This document shows, in pieces, positions 12,846-27,169 of a stretch of DNA of 64,000 nt. This DNA is from Antedon mediterranea (taxonomy: Eukaryota > Animalia > Echinodermata): positions 18,989,365-19,053,364 of the forward strand of contig NC_092678.1 in NCBI RefSeq assembly GCF_964355755.1. The letters are read 5' to 3'. The notes below the pieces were generated by a model. That model made no database searches. It was not told the DNA's origin and saw only the letters and a program-made list of their open reading frames with translations. The translations under genes and the position numbers were made by a program. How positions within the stretch are numbered: position 1 is the stretch's first letter; every line of letters starts with the position of its first letter.

Positions 12846-15800
12846 GCCTAGGCCGTAGGCTTAGCGCTAAAAATCACTTAATAGAATTGCATAGGTTACA
12901 AAGAGCGAATATACATGCGCAATTAAGTTGTATATAACGCCAAAGACGTGGCTCAGCGAATGGAGTAACAACACCATTGCCATTTCACACTCAAAGGTGT
13001 ACGCTACGCCATCTTTACGCCGTACGTGTGAACTTACCACATATGTTTTTAATATGTCCGTCTGACCATGCGATAGTACACTGGCAGTGGGGCGACATCT
13101 TGAAGTCGTTCTTCGTTTGTTTTGATTCTATCCGATCTTTCTTATTGCATGAAATATATATTACAGTTGGTACGTCAATACTACGGAAACAATTACGAGA
13201 CATTGCTGTTTGAAAACTGAAAGGATAATTTCAAACCAAAATTGTTGAAAAATGTTGAAAGAAGTCGAAATGACTTTTGAGAAGTTTCTCATTGCTGCTG
13301 AATACGGACTAAATGCTGAATATAAACAGATTTGCATAGATTCATTTGAAACATGAAATATTTCATATTTTAATATTGTAATATCAAACATCTTGTTTTA
13401 TACTAAATATCCTTATAGGATTATATTGTAAATAATATATTTAAAACATTTTTTTAAAAGATTTATTTAGGCCTAGTATTAATTCTTAATAGCACTGTAC
13501 CGAACTTGATCTGGCTGACTATCGCAAGTCATCTATCAGGAAGGAGTCTAGCTATATAAGTACTCAATATTGTAAATAATATATATAGCAATGAATTACA
13601 TTGTTTAATGCTTAATTGTTGTGTCTGCTTAAACGCAAAAAAAGTGCTAAATTCGCTTGTATTTCTTATATTTTTTATTGCAAAAAATGAATGGCCAATA
13701 TTGGGTATGTCACCATACCAACAAAATATAGCTAAAAGATGCATTGTATTACTTGAGATATATTATGCTAATACATATGCGTAATTTAAATGTGTATGAC
13801 TTATTTTTCAATCGTTATTATATTTAAAAAAAGAATTGATGGATAGATTGAGCATATTCAAATAAATTGAAATACCAACTCATCATTTTCTCTCTTTTGT
13901 TATTTATTGCTAATTGTTAGTTTGCATATATTAACATAAAAAAAAGTGATTAATTTCAATGAATTACTAACAGTTGTTAAGAATATTATAATTAACGTTG
14001 AGTTATTAAAGTAAAGGAGGAATGTGTATGCCAAATGAATATAGGCCTAGGCCCAACTCTTTCTTGGTTGTTTTCCGTAATTTGTCGATAATTCGGGTTT
14101 ATTCGGTGCGGTTAAAAATTCGCGTTATATGCGTCATTAAACATTGCAGATAACATACTGGTGAATTAATTAACACATACGGTATTCATCCGACCAATCA
14201 GAACATCAACATCGATACACGTGCTGAACTGAAGATTTTTAGTTAGATTCTTACTCAATAAATATTGTTTTATTTTAATTTAAAAAACAACATCTCAGCA
14301 ACTTGAGAATGTACGTTTAGCCGATGAACCGAATTGTGGAATGTCTGCACAGTAGCAATGCGTCCATATTGTTCTAATTTGCATAAGTTTGTACACACGT
14401 GTTCTTAACCATGTTGACGTTGTTGAGATTAACAACAAAGAGTGCTATAGGTTTGTTGAATGTTGGCCTATACCGTTATTCATCTAATCGTGTTGTTCTT
14501 GAAAATAGCGAACCACTAACATGCTTGGAATTATAATTGTCAGAATTGTTTTGTTTTTAATTAGTAATAGTATTGTTTATACTTGGGATGTTTCGCATCA
14601 CCAGGAGAATCAATGAGGTGCATACTATGAACTATTATTTTGAAAGCATTTTTGAAACACTTGGATTTACTTATTAACAGGATTTTATATTTTGTGTCAA
14701 GTGGAACACTCGTCAATGAAAGAGGACAAACAGGTAAGACGTGCAAGTTGTTTTCATTGTCTTTTTATTTGAATTAGGGCTCGTTACCCGGGTAAGTTAT
14801 AGTTTTTCCATGAGGTAAACCTTCCCGGGTAACAAATAATGAACCCCTTAAACTTATGGTAAGAGTTTTCCTTTTAAAAGGCGATGATTGAAGCGTTTAG
14901 TTAATTAATACTGTTTAATGTTGTCCCAGGCCTTATAACTTCTACACACACTTTAAACAATCGGAGTTAGTCGGTGATCGGACTACAGTTACCGGATACC
15001 ATGGTATGTTGCATTGTGTACGTTTGAGTATAGGCCTATGTTGAGAGTAGGCCTACTTAGATTTCTGAAAAAATAATATTGGTTGTACCACCATCCCGTT
15101 TGTATGTCATTTATAATGTAATCTGGTCTCGCCTAAGATGACGTCATAAAAAATGGTAACTCATTGTTAGTACCCGATTCTCAGTGCTGTATCTACCCAA
15201 ACTACCCAAAATACTATAATGGTCAGTATCAGGAATATTTTGGTAATACAGAATCTCATTGTATCACATGTAGGTTAGGTTACGATATTTGATATAGGAG
15301 GTAGGCCTACATGTGAAAGTACCAAATAGTTGACGTTTTTTTAGGGTAATTTGTAATCATGTCCCGCATTTTCATTCGTTTATTGTATAGAGCATTGTAT
15401 AATAAAATGTTCAATATTAGTGACTTTACATATTCAGGTTTGTCGGTTGGTCCATTAATCGTCGAAGAAGTTTCATTAAGAATCATAGGCCTAATAATTA
15501 TCAAAACATACCAAATACAATACAAAGTTGGCAACGCACAACCTGCTTTAAATGCATCATCTGTTGACCTTTGTGATGATACTGCTTTTTTGTTTACTTT
15601 GAGAGACATACCGTGTATTTGTATCTATTTTAAAGTTATCACACATTCAATTAATTAACGTATTTTCTTATTTCTAACTGTTAACCTCATGAACTATAAC
15701 CCCTATCCTCCATTGCCCAAACAACACTATATCGTAACGTAATGATTGACACAGATTTTAAAGTAAGCTTTATAACACTTTTATTTATTGTACAACTTAA

Positions 15801-16039
15801 ACTTTTTTCTTTTCTTCAATAGCGAACAGAAAATAATATATTAAAACAAACATACATAAAAATAAAAATACCGTTTCCCATTACTATGTATATTTCCCCC
15901 CGAAACTGGCCTTTGTAACGCATAACTATTTGGTTGAATTGTTTGCCTTTTTTTTAGAAACAATGTTTGTTGGAATTTATACATGAAAAATACGTAGGAT
16001 ATTTTTACGCAATGCATATAAATCGAACCTTAGTAAGAT

Positions 16040-16252
16040 CAAGACAATAACAACAGGACACTGAGCTCGTCTTGGCAGATAGGAACTCGTAACAGTCATT
16101 TGATCTTATGTCTGACTGCGACATATACCAACAGTGCAGTACTGTACAAATTATCTGGGGTGCGCGGTGTCTGTTAATAGCGTGATCGTATCGCAGCTAA
16201 ATATAAACCCTTTGATCTCCTGAGCTCAACATCCTGTTTGTTAGATTGCCTC
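16040..16252. mobile_element. Dispersed ~200-bp TIR element (other copies at ~22245-22430 and ~47470-47660)
   Basis: Shared core tttgatcttatgtctggctgcgaca.atacca. Inverted ends aacaacagga..gagctc / gagctc..tcctgt..ttagatt. Confidence 0.6.
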
Positions 16253-18225
16253 GATAGGTTCGTTGTTGTTTTGTTTTAATGTTAGCCTATTCGGCGTTTT
16301 AATTCTAGTGTATGTATAATTCCAGAACAAATACTATGTATGAAACGCCATGTGTGCAAAAATATCCTGTCCTTGAACCAAAGGTGAACATGTATGTTGT
16401 AACAAAACAAGGAAGTAAATGGTTACAAATAATGCTGTAAACAAACGAAAATGTCCTCATTATCTTGCCTATTAAGGATAACATGTTATTGTTTCGGTCG
16501 AGACAATTTTATGTAATTTTTTCTTTAACAAAACTACAGGTTCCAACAACTAAGTATTGCCAACTATACACTTTGCCACCTGCTATGTTCTCTGATTTGA
16601 CAGCAGACATAGCATGGAGGTGCACATGGGGTCTATATTAAACGCCACAATCACATGTTCACTAATAATTAGCCACACTGTATATCTTACTTGACCCTTT
16701 AAAACCTCTAATAAACTGTAGGCCTACCACTTGTATCAAACAATAAGGTAATGTAAGTTTGAAAATTAGTATGTACTTAAAGATATATTGTCCCCCTGAA
16801 AAGATTTTTTGTTGTTGTTGAATAAGCAATTTTAATATCAGATAGTAGTAATTGATTTTTTTTTTTTAATTAGATTGAAAATAAATTTATTTACCTGAAA
16901 AAAACTGTAATTTAAAGCCAAAAATACTCAAAATAGCTGTCAGTTTTTTGGTTGAATTTAATCAGAATTTGAATTAATTTGTCTTTATATAAGTGAGGTT
17001 GGGGTTTATTTGTTCAACGAAAGTGAACGTTATTAAAATAACCTAAATTACTTGAAATATAATTTCATTTTTTATGTCGTTGGGGGACAATACATCCTTA
17101 ATAAAGCAGGACAATATCTTCTTTTACATATGCACATCATACAATATTTTATCAAAATATAAAAATCATAATCATTAAAAAAATTCACTCTCTTAAAATG
17201 GATAACTAAGTATTTATATATACAAAATTTGTTTACAAAAATTATATTATTAATTATTGATTTGATTATTATCAAAAGGTTTATTTTTACACATAAAAAT
17301 AAAATATGGAATTTTAATATCATAATGATATTCCCTGTTTAGCCTTAAGCTTAAAGCCCTAATATTAAATTAATATTTATAAATGTATCTGTAATTTTTT
17401 TTAAACATGATTTTTGCATTATTATTTAATTATTTAACAGTGCTTTATCATTTAAAACATTATCAATATCAAACAACATTTCTTTCTAACTAGATACATA
17501 GCATTTGATTGAAAATACACGCACAATCATTTTCATACAGTTCTAAACTTAATAGGCCTACTCAATATCATTTAATATAATTAATTCCACAGTATACAAT
17601 TAATAATATTATCATACACTACAATAAAATTCACTCAAATAATATAAAATAATTGTTTTTGTTTTGCATATTATATTTGTACCAGCAACTATTTAAGGTT
17701 CTAACAAAGCAATTTTATTACATAAAGCCAGCTGGAAAATTACTAAAATGTCGATAATAAATTGTTATTACACTGCAGTACAGTATATAACAATTCTTAC
17801 AAATTCGTTAACATTGAAATAGTCAATCTTTGTACATGTAAAAATATCAACAATTGCCAAATGGATTATATAAGTATGGTTTCATGTTATGTGACACAGA
17901 TGACATAATGATTTTATTTTTATACACAAAAGAAAAAATTTCACATCATCACAATGTAATTTTAACTAATTTCTTTTCAATACAATAATTTGTTTCCTGT
18001 TAGTTGGAAGACTGTGTATGCATTCCTTTTAAACAGACTCCATGTTAAACAATAATTTAATAAACTATTATTATAGGACAACAGTACAAAAACAACGCAA
18101 ACAAATTTTACAAAAAAATAAATATATTTCTGGCCTTAATGTACAGAATTTATTGGAATTGTATATGATCAAAAGTTTTAAAAAAAAGTGCTATTTACTG
18201 TTTAGTATAATAGAATACCATTACA

Positions 18226-18917
18226 CAGTAAAACCTCTATTAAGGAGACACCTTAAGACCCACAAAGTGTCCACTTAAATTGGTGTTGCACAGAATATTT
18301 CCCCTTGTTTGGAACAAGTGTCCTCTTAAGCTTGGTTCCCACTAGAACGTAACGCAAGGATGTAAACGCAACGCAAGCGTTTTAACCAATGACAAGCGAA
18401 GTTATAAACAGTTAGCAATCACAAGCAAATAAGCCATCGCTTGTGATTGGTCAATTCATTTGCGTTGCGTTACGTCCTTGCGTTGCGTCGCTAGTGGGAA
18501 CCACGCTTTAATAGAGGTGTCTCCTAGAAGTTGGCCAAAGTATATATTTCCCCAAGTATATATTTCCCCTTTTTCAGGGAAAGTGTTCTCTGAATAGGGT
18601 ACAGTATATTGCCTCTTGTTTTGGGAATGTGTTTTCTGAATAGGGGTATATTGCCCTATTGCCCTTTTGCCCTTTTTTGGGAATGCATTTTCTGAATAAG
18701 GGTATATTGCCCTATATTGCCATTTGTTATGGGAAAGTGTTTTCTGAATAGGGGTATATTGCCCTATATTGCCATTTGTTATGGGAAAGTGTTTTCTGAA
18801 TAGGGGTATATTGCCCTATATTGCCCTTTGTTTTGGGAAAGTGTTTTCTAAATAGGGATATATTGCCCTTTGTTTTGTGTCCTAAATAGGGGTGTCTCAA
18901 ATGAGTGGTTTTACTAT
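18226..18917. mobile_element. Tc1/mariner-like MITE (CAGTAAAACC termini) carrying a nested family A MITE and a ~45-50 bp minisatellite
   Basis: cagtaaaacctctattaaggagacacc ... ggtgtctcaaatgagtggttttacta. The nested element at 18329-18507 is flanked by TTA/TTA. The tandem unit gggaaagtgttttctgaataggggtatattgccctatattgcc spans ~18575-18890. A related element lies at ~61937-62193. Confidence 0.65.
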
Positions 18918-20943
18918 ATTTTACATAATTCACCTAACTAATACTGATTAAAGATATTTTTAAATTTAAGGTTTAAGCATAATATTTCAGTTATCAAAGG
19001 ATAAAATATACAATTTAACAATACAATATCTACCTACATAATTAAAACTATTAAATATAGAAATTATTGTAACATTTAAGGTTTAAATTAAAATTATAAA
19101 AATATGCTATATTTAACATAAATTTAAAAATGGGAATGTAGTTTTTTTATAATAGTAAAGTAATGTCAATTTAGGCAGTAATAATATTTTAAGGAATTAA
19201 TTGTCAACAATTGTGCATTTTATGGCCTTTTAAGTTTTAAAATTCCAAGCTGTCCATTGAGAAATTAAAGACTGATAGTGCCAGTATAAATGATTCAAGA
19301 TTTTGACCCCAAAAAAACCAACATCTGAAACTTGAAAATATTATTTTTATCAAAGACTATATAGATGCTTTTGCTAATAGTTCTAGAATGAAAACTTTAG
19401 TATTCTTTTGTTTTTAGTACGACAAAATGTATATCTATCTATTTATCGTCGTTTAAGGTATACTATTAATTACGGTGGTACGTTGGTACGTTCCCACATG
19501 AGGGCGTGGTTGCGGACGGGTCCATTATAATACAGGGGTGTTCTAGGAACTTTTCACTTTCGTATCTAAGTCCTCCCTCTGGAGAGCACGGGCTATTGTC
19601 GGTTTATACAGGTAAGCTAGGCACGATATAGAAAATTAACTACAGTAATACAATAATGTACAATTTGAGGCAGATAAAGCTTTTTAAGGTATATAATAAA
19701 TATAAAGCTAGCTAATTTTGTATGATACTTTATTTTATATGAGGCAGATAGTAAAGCAGACATTAAAATGTAAGCATTTTTATTTACACGCTTAAAAACG
19801 GTGGGACAAGTGCATTATACCGACACATTTTTATGCTGTTGCATATTATTAAGGCTGCTTTCACATTGCGCCCGAAATAGGTTCAGTGATACAGCATTCG
19901 TTCACACCACACATTTGAATATTTACCCGATTTGGTGTATGTGGCTCACAAATCCATCTGTGTAATGATCTGAGCATGAATGACGTCGCTTGACAATGGA
20001 TAACTTACTAAATTCGTGCTCGATGTGAAACCATGCCGCTCCCGATGTTTTCCTCAGTACGCAGCGGACCGAATGTAGGCGCGATGTGAAAGATAGCTTT
20101 AACCCTGTTCTCTGTAATCTCCATATATGATATTGTACAATGTCCAGTATCAAGGGTAAATTCTGTAATATCTTATTATATGTAGTATCACTAGTGGCAC
20201 CTGTATTATGTTAATCAGTTAAAGACACTAGACCTGCAATTTTTGATGTTTTGTAAAAATAATGTATATAACTTTAAAAACATTAAACCAGGTCATTTTG
20301 TTGTGTGGTCTAACGTTAATTATGATAAAAAGAGAAAAACAATGAACTACCTAAAGTAGCTTACGTCAAAAGTTCCCACATAGACGTTTCTAGGCCTTGC
20401 TTATAGCCTTCGTTTTAAAGGCCTACTGTAGCTGGTAAAGAGCGGCAGTGTTGTACGAACATCTTAATGAGCTAACTATAGGCCTAGCCTGACGATGTCG
20501 CAACCTGAATTAATTTTCTTTCATTTTTTGGCAGAATCTGTTAATACAAATTGGGGAAGACATGGTATTTTAGCTTTTATTTGTTTACAGTTTCACGAAA
20601 TCGATCAAAGTTATGAAAAATATGAAAATATCAATCTGCACGCAATGCATTTTGGGATTTATAGTGAGCTGCTAAAATTATAAGATTATTGACTTATTTT
20701 TCACATTTTTAACTGTTTTAAGATGAAAAAAATGATCACAATAGGTTCATATAGTATTTATTTTTACATAAATGTAGTGTGTGACCTTAAATTAGGCCCA
20801 AAAAACGTAGGTCTAGTGTCTCTAAAGTTAGGCTTGACCTATGATACAGGTGTCATTTCTTACATGTGACACCGTATCACAGAATTGTCCTATGATACAT
20901 TATGTACAGATAATCAATGTTTTTGGAATGTTTTTTTTTTTTT

Positions 20944-23059
20944 TCAAACTGAAATATAACGCAGGAGGCTTATAGCAATTATAAGCAGAATTGATAAAGT
21001 ATGTTTGACTGTACCGTTAGTTGAGTGAGGTTTTTTATTTTCTGCAGTCGTAGTATTTCTATCGTGAATAACAGCCTTGACCGATATGTTAAAAGTTGTT
21101 GACCCATGACTGTTCTTAGCAGTACACGTATACACGCCAAAGTCGCTCTCGTGTTCAATGTAGATGACTACAAGTACTTCGTTGGTGTTAATATTGTACG
21201 TTCCAACTCGCAGCTCCCCGTCAGGTCCCATTATGGAAACAAACGGATGAGGGCTTCCTTGTATTTCCAGTTGAAGTAAAAAACTTTCTCCTTGTGGAAC
21301 TTGAAATTCTTGACTCGTGGATGCAATTTTTGGCGGTGAACATTTTTCAACTGGGTTATGACAAGCTGGATCCAAACCAATTATCTGTTGTTCGCTTCCT
21401 AATCTCTGTAGCAGATCAACCATGTTACAATCGCAAATTAAAGGGTTTTCGCGGATGTCAATATTAAAATTGGTGGAAGCAGTCTCTAGTATTAAACTTG
21501 GAAATGTTGTCAGTTCGTTTCCAAACAGATCAAGAAATTTTAAATGTTTTAAAGCGCCATCTGATGTGTTAGTCATAAAAACCATATGTGAAATAACATT
21601 ATTGGTTAGATACAACTTTTCCAATAAAGGGACACGTTTGAAGATTCGCTCGTCCAACTTTTCAATTGCGTTGCCGGCCAGTCCAATTTCTTTCATGTTA
21701 TCAAGTCCGTTGAAAATGTCTTCATTCATGTTTTTAATTTGGTTGAAACTAAGATCTAGGCTGGTCATAGACGGGTTGCTCAATGCGCCCCCTTCAATGG
21801 CGCGCAACCCTATTAGACCAGTCAAATGGGCTATATATTTGTCAACGTCTGTGGACCAGGACCTTTTGGATGCACTGATAGAAAAAGCATTGATACGCAA
21901 CATAAGAAGATTACTAAGTCCTTTAAAGGATTCTCTTTCAATGCCACCAACAGACCCTATGAAAAAAAAAAATGTTATGAGTATTTTTTATACCAGTTAA
22001 TTATACTTTTCTTGAGCTCTGTCTACACTATCCAACTAATTTAACAAAAAAGGTGTGGTGTTCTCAAATATGGTAGTGATATGACATCATCCTGTCCATA
22101 TATGGGCATAAAGTTTGATATACAGTAGTACAGACAGAGCTTTACATTGATTCATGATATTAAAGTGACTCAATATTGTCACAAAACATGAACAAGGTCG
22201 GACCTTATTTGTGTAGTTTTCAAAACAAATTTTCCTTTGGTAAAACCAAGGCAATCTAACAACAGGACATATTGAGCTCGCCTTTACTAAGATAGAAACT
22301 GTTAACAGTGCTTTGATCTTATGTCTGGCTGCGACAAATACCAACACTACTGTACTATGTACATATTCTCTGTGGCATACAGGCATGGAACTGATCGTAC
22401 TGTATGTCAGATAAATCCAAAGTAACCAGTCATTTGTATAATCGGTTATATTATAACCTTTGCCAAGAATGTTAAAAAATGACATCTTTTTTTGTATTTC
22501 TTTTTTTTTTATCTAGCAAGATTATTTCCAATCTAATGAGCGGATTTTCACCAAATGTTCACAGCAGGCCTTAGTTCAAAGAAGGTATGTAATTACAGTA
22601 TGTGACCTACGTGCAATTGTCTAAAATTATGCTTGGAGGAATACAAATGTGTTTATAATATAATAAACAATTTTTTTTCTTAACTTAAACAAAAATTAAA
22701 CAATATGATAGTGTATGGAATAGAGTCATTGAAGTTGAAGTCATTTAGAAATATCAAAATATACAAATTGATATAGGGAAATAAACATTATACTTACCGG
22801 AGATACCTAAGAATGTAATATCACCATAATCTGCAAATGTATCTTTTTGTATAGTATCAAACAAACTTCCTAAAAACACCATGTCGGTCGTGCTTGGATC
22901 ACATGGATTACGATTTGGAAAACAGTCAAGATCAGAGCATTCGCATCGTGTACCAAACGTCTTACAATTGGTTGTTTTTATGGTATTATTACACTGTTTC
23001 GCATGACTTAACGTTGCTATACCCAACAACAGTGACATCACGTAATAGTACATGATCAT
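20944..23059 (-). CDS. Secreted, probably GPI-anchored LRR + Ig (I-set) cell-surface protein, ~424 aa
   Basis: Exons 23059-22798 (signal peptide, Cys-rich N-cap) and 21956-20944 are joined in phase 1. LRRs: LDLSFNQI, IGLAGNAI, LYLTNNVI, LDLFGNEL. LRRCT: NPLICDC. Ig: DFGVYTCTAKNSHG. The C-terminus is hydrophobic with no cytoplasmic tail. Confidence 0.88.
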
Positions 23060-24282
23060 TTAAAATTTAATACCTGTTCCTGTAAATTAAATAAAAATTA
23101 CAACTAAAAATTCTCAGAACCACAAATATGCATAATTTATTGAGCTAATTCAGGTCAAAGGTTAAATTTAACCAAATGCCAGTTGACTTCCTGTCAACGG
23201 ACTTCCGTTCCGTTTAAAAAGGTACTGACAGTAACCAATTTTATTAAGGTTTGTGTTTTTGGTCAAATTAGTGAAAAACTAATTACTATGTGACATTAAA
23301 ATGGCTTATTTAGCAAAACATTATTTTTTAAAGATATTTTTCAGGGGGAGAATATACTCTTTAAGAAATACAGTTATTTCATTAGTTTGAGGTTTTTCAC
23401 GCTGCTGCTCTAGCCCGCTACGTCCCATTAGGACTACTCAATCAGAAGCTAAAGCAAGCAGCAGTTATATTTCTTAGGACGACAGTTTTGCGAAAATGGA
23501 AACTCCACTATAATTCATAATTTATTTATTTAACGTCTGCGAAAAGAGTCTATTAGGACATGTCATGTACAAATCCCAAAGCATTTCTGGTATATTCACT
23601 GTCAGATATTCATTGAATTATTATCAAAACAGGATACTTCACACTTGAAATATCTAGGGATATGAAGTGACCCCCTTAGAATAAAATTAACTAAAGTGAC
23701 AGAAATTGAGTATTCACTTCAGTAACAAAAAAATAATATTTATTCACATATAAAAAGAGAAAAGAAACCCAAAAACCATTGTCTGACAGACAATTTAAGT
23801 ATTTGTTGCTTTAAATTACATTTTTTTAGGTAAAATAACTATTATGTGACAATAAAATGACACATTCAAAAACATTTGAAATAAAAAACATTTTTCAATA
23901 AGCGAGCAGAGTTTTTTGTAAGAAATATTTCTTGTTTATATTATTTTCTGCGAATAATGACAAACATCCTATTGGTATTGTATTCCTTTTACTTTGTACT
24001 GTCCTTTCAGGAAGTAGGGCCTAAATAACAAATCTTAAATTTTAATATTATCCTGTCTTTAGTATTAACTTTCAGAGGGTATAAAAAGGCATTCAACTTT
24101 GCTTTATGTGACAAAAAATGTGATGTGCCCATATATAGACATGATGATGCAATATCACTACCATATTTGGGCATACTATTAAGTTATTTTTTAATATTTT
24201 TTTTTTTATGTTATCTTGTCTTATATGTATTTTCTTGTTTTTTTTCATTTTTACTGCGTCATACTTAATGATATTTTGTGCT

Positions 24283-24445
24283 AGGCCCAACCACTCACTT
24301 TTCAGTTATTACGGATTGAACCCCATTGGAAATAAGTTTAGTTTTTTGTCAACTTAATGGGTTATCCAGGTATTCTTTTTATACATTGTATATTTTAACT
24401 TTTATATATGAATATCGAATAAAATCAATCAAGCAATCAATCAAT
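24283..24445 (+). mobile_element. Probable LINE/SINE 3' tail ending aataaa(atca)n; second copy at 25879-26027
   Basis: Two near-identical ~150-bp segments (acttaatgggttatcc.ggtattcttttt...gaatatcgaataaaatcaatcaa). Confidence 0.55.
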
Positions 24446-26291
24446 ACTATATCACTACCATATTAGGTACATCACACTATTTTTGTCAAAATACTGATAG
24501 TTTATAGGTGTAGCTTTAAGTTACACTTTCTATGCTTGATTTAAATTGCGCAATGCAATAAAAAGTTAGTGCATGCACTGTATTTTTCTGTATAATAAAA
24601 CCAAATCTTAATAAGCCTTTTATGGATTCATTCAGTACTAATAAGTAACGGAACGTGCATAATTATTACACAAAGTTACAATATAGTCTATAGAGAAACA
24701 ACAATTTTTATTTTAGGCCTGGAAATGCCTGAAATATAGTGTATTATCAACATTTCACGATCTTGCTGAGTAAAGAAATTTTGACTAGACTTAATACTAG
24801 GCCTATCAGATCTAGGAAACTCTTCAGTTCAAGTACATTTATTTGAATAAAACATTTCCACCATTTAAAAAATACCTATTTAGTATATACAGTACTTAGT
24901 TTGATTTGATATAGATTCCCTCAACACCCCTATTTTAAAACGTATTGCACATTTTATTGATAACAGCTAGTGGGCTCCTGTCATAAAGTTAGGGTGATTA
25001 GCTAGGCCTATGATGAGCAATGATGCTCCAACAACCAGGGAGACGTCTACACACATCATTGCGTGACATGCGACTGACTTCAAGTCATCAAATCAGCTGT
25101 TGCGGCCTAGTAAGTGACTGAGTGAATTTTGCTACGCTTATTAGTTTAGAGAGAGACTATTATACACAATAAACTGCATATCATTGCACCATGCTTATTA
25201 GTAAGTCTACACCTACCTCTTTAGATCTACAAATAACGGTAAATTAAACTTCCGTTGATTTTACTGATGATGTTTCCTTCAAGGACAAGAAGTTATGATT
25301 AAACATTGGAATTTACCGTGTTGATATTTTGATTCTTGCTGAGGTGACGCTTCAGTCGTGACCATTATTGATTTAATATTATTTATACTTAATTTAAATG
25401 ACAATAGACATATCTTTTTGAATAACAAAAGGAACTTAAAAAAAAACATAAACATATTTTGCGAGTAAGAGTTTGGTTCATTTAGGTTAAGTTATGTTAA
25501 AAAATAATATTCTAAAAATGATCTACATGCAAAGGGTTTTATCTTTACCCTTATTACAGTGGAAGAATCCGGCGCGTGTACACAGGTGGACCAGTCATGT
25601 GAATTGTCATGTGGATAACGGGATTTTCCCGCGGTACTTAAAAAAATAAAAGGTGTTTTCCAATCAGAGTGTTCACCCACAGGACCAGTGGGAATGATAA
25701 CAAATCCTTTTAATATCGTTTTTTGTTGTTTTTTTGGCGCATTGTTTGAGTAACGTATATTAATTATTGTTAAAATGTTTTTGCTTATCTACCACGCCCA
25801 TAATTGTTTCGTGAACCATATGAGTTAAATTATATAACATTATTATGTAACATATAACTCAATCATATAAATTGTACTAGGCCCAAGAACCACTGATCAC
25901 TTTTTCAGTTGATACGGAAATAAGTTTACTTTTTATTTGTCGACTTAATGGGTTATCCTGGTATTCTTTTTAATATGTACATTGTATATTTTAACTATTT
26001 TTATGAATATCGAATAAAATCAATCAAACATTAGTCTTTAAAATAATATAATACAGTAAATTTGTGACGTCAGTGCAGGAGGAGCCTTGTTGTTCAGTCA
26101 ACCGTGACGACATCAACAAAAATTACGTGGCGCCAAAGTTTTCATTTTTCTCTCTCGCATGACATTGTCAAAATTTAAAAAGTGATGTATCCTGCTTTTA
26201 GTTAGCATACGAACGGCTTAAAGATAGTTTTCCTAATTAATACTCTCTGAAGGTATTTTAGAGTTAAGATTAATCGTTGTTGTTATTAGTA

Positions 26292-26735
26292 TGTAGGCCT
26301 AGCTAGGCCCTAGTCTAGTTAGGCTAGCTAGGCTATAAATGCCTACTACTCTAGGCCCTAGCTAGGCCTAGCTAGGCTAGCCTAAGGTCTAGGCTAGTAG
26401 TAGTACTAGTAGAGTAAAGAGGGCTAGCCTTGGCCTAAGCCTACTAAAACTATAGTATAGTATAAGCCTACCTCCTAGGGCCTACCTAGGCCCTATCCCT
26501 CTAGTAGGCCAGCTAGCTAGGGTTAGGAGGGCCAAAAGCTCAGACTAGTAGTATACGTAGTAGGACTAGGTAGGCTAGCTTCTGTTCTGGGCTTATTAGA
26601 GCGGCTAGGCCTGCTGCCAAGCTACAGTAGCCTAGCCTACTTTGGTGGTAGTTAGCTATGGCTATGCCTAGAAGTAGCCTAGATATATAGAGAGGCTACT
26701 ACTATATACTAGGCCTACTGCTTTAGCCTAGCCAG
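26292..26735. promoter_or_regulatory. TAGGCCTA/CTAG-dense tract upstream of the THNSL1 coding start (likely first intron)
   Basis: Dozens of AGGCCT, TAGGCTA and GCTAGC words. The tract follows a CpG-containing segment (26060-26250) and a candidate donor gaag/gtattt at ~26252. Confidence 0.5.
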
Positions 26736-27169
26736 GCATTCCATAAATCATTTGGCCAAATTGAAAGGCGATCAATATTCATTACTCATTGTGAACTTGA
26801 ACTGATTAGAAAGTTAAAAATATTATATTATAGTACTTGCACCGTCTGTTCTAGGCCTATAGGCATCAGTAGTGACAGTTCAGGTCTCCAATGTTCAAAG
26901 GAAGACTTCTTAAAAAGTTATCTTGGTAGGAAAAAGGACAATTTAAACCAAACCTTATTTATGTCAGAATGAAAATTAAGTTTAATAATATTAATAACGT
27001 TTTTATTTCTTCAATTTACATAATTTTTACTCATGCAAATGGTTCAACAGTTACAATTTAATGCTAATTTTATTTGCTTCTATTCAATAATTGTATTATC
27101 AGTTTCGTATAGATTTCCAGCTCTTATTACATAATTTTTCTTGAATGTTTAAGTAATCATCCGGTCAAA

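Noticed and set aside
13900-16760. Possible spliced non-coding or coding transcript (CCAAT/E-box near 14190-14225, donors near 14733 and 14859, ORFs at 15307-15658)
   Set aside because: No coherent exon chain or recognisable protein. These signals are expected by chance in AT-rich DNA.
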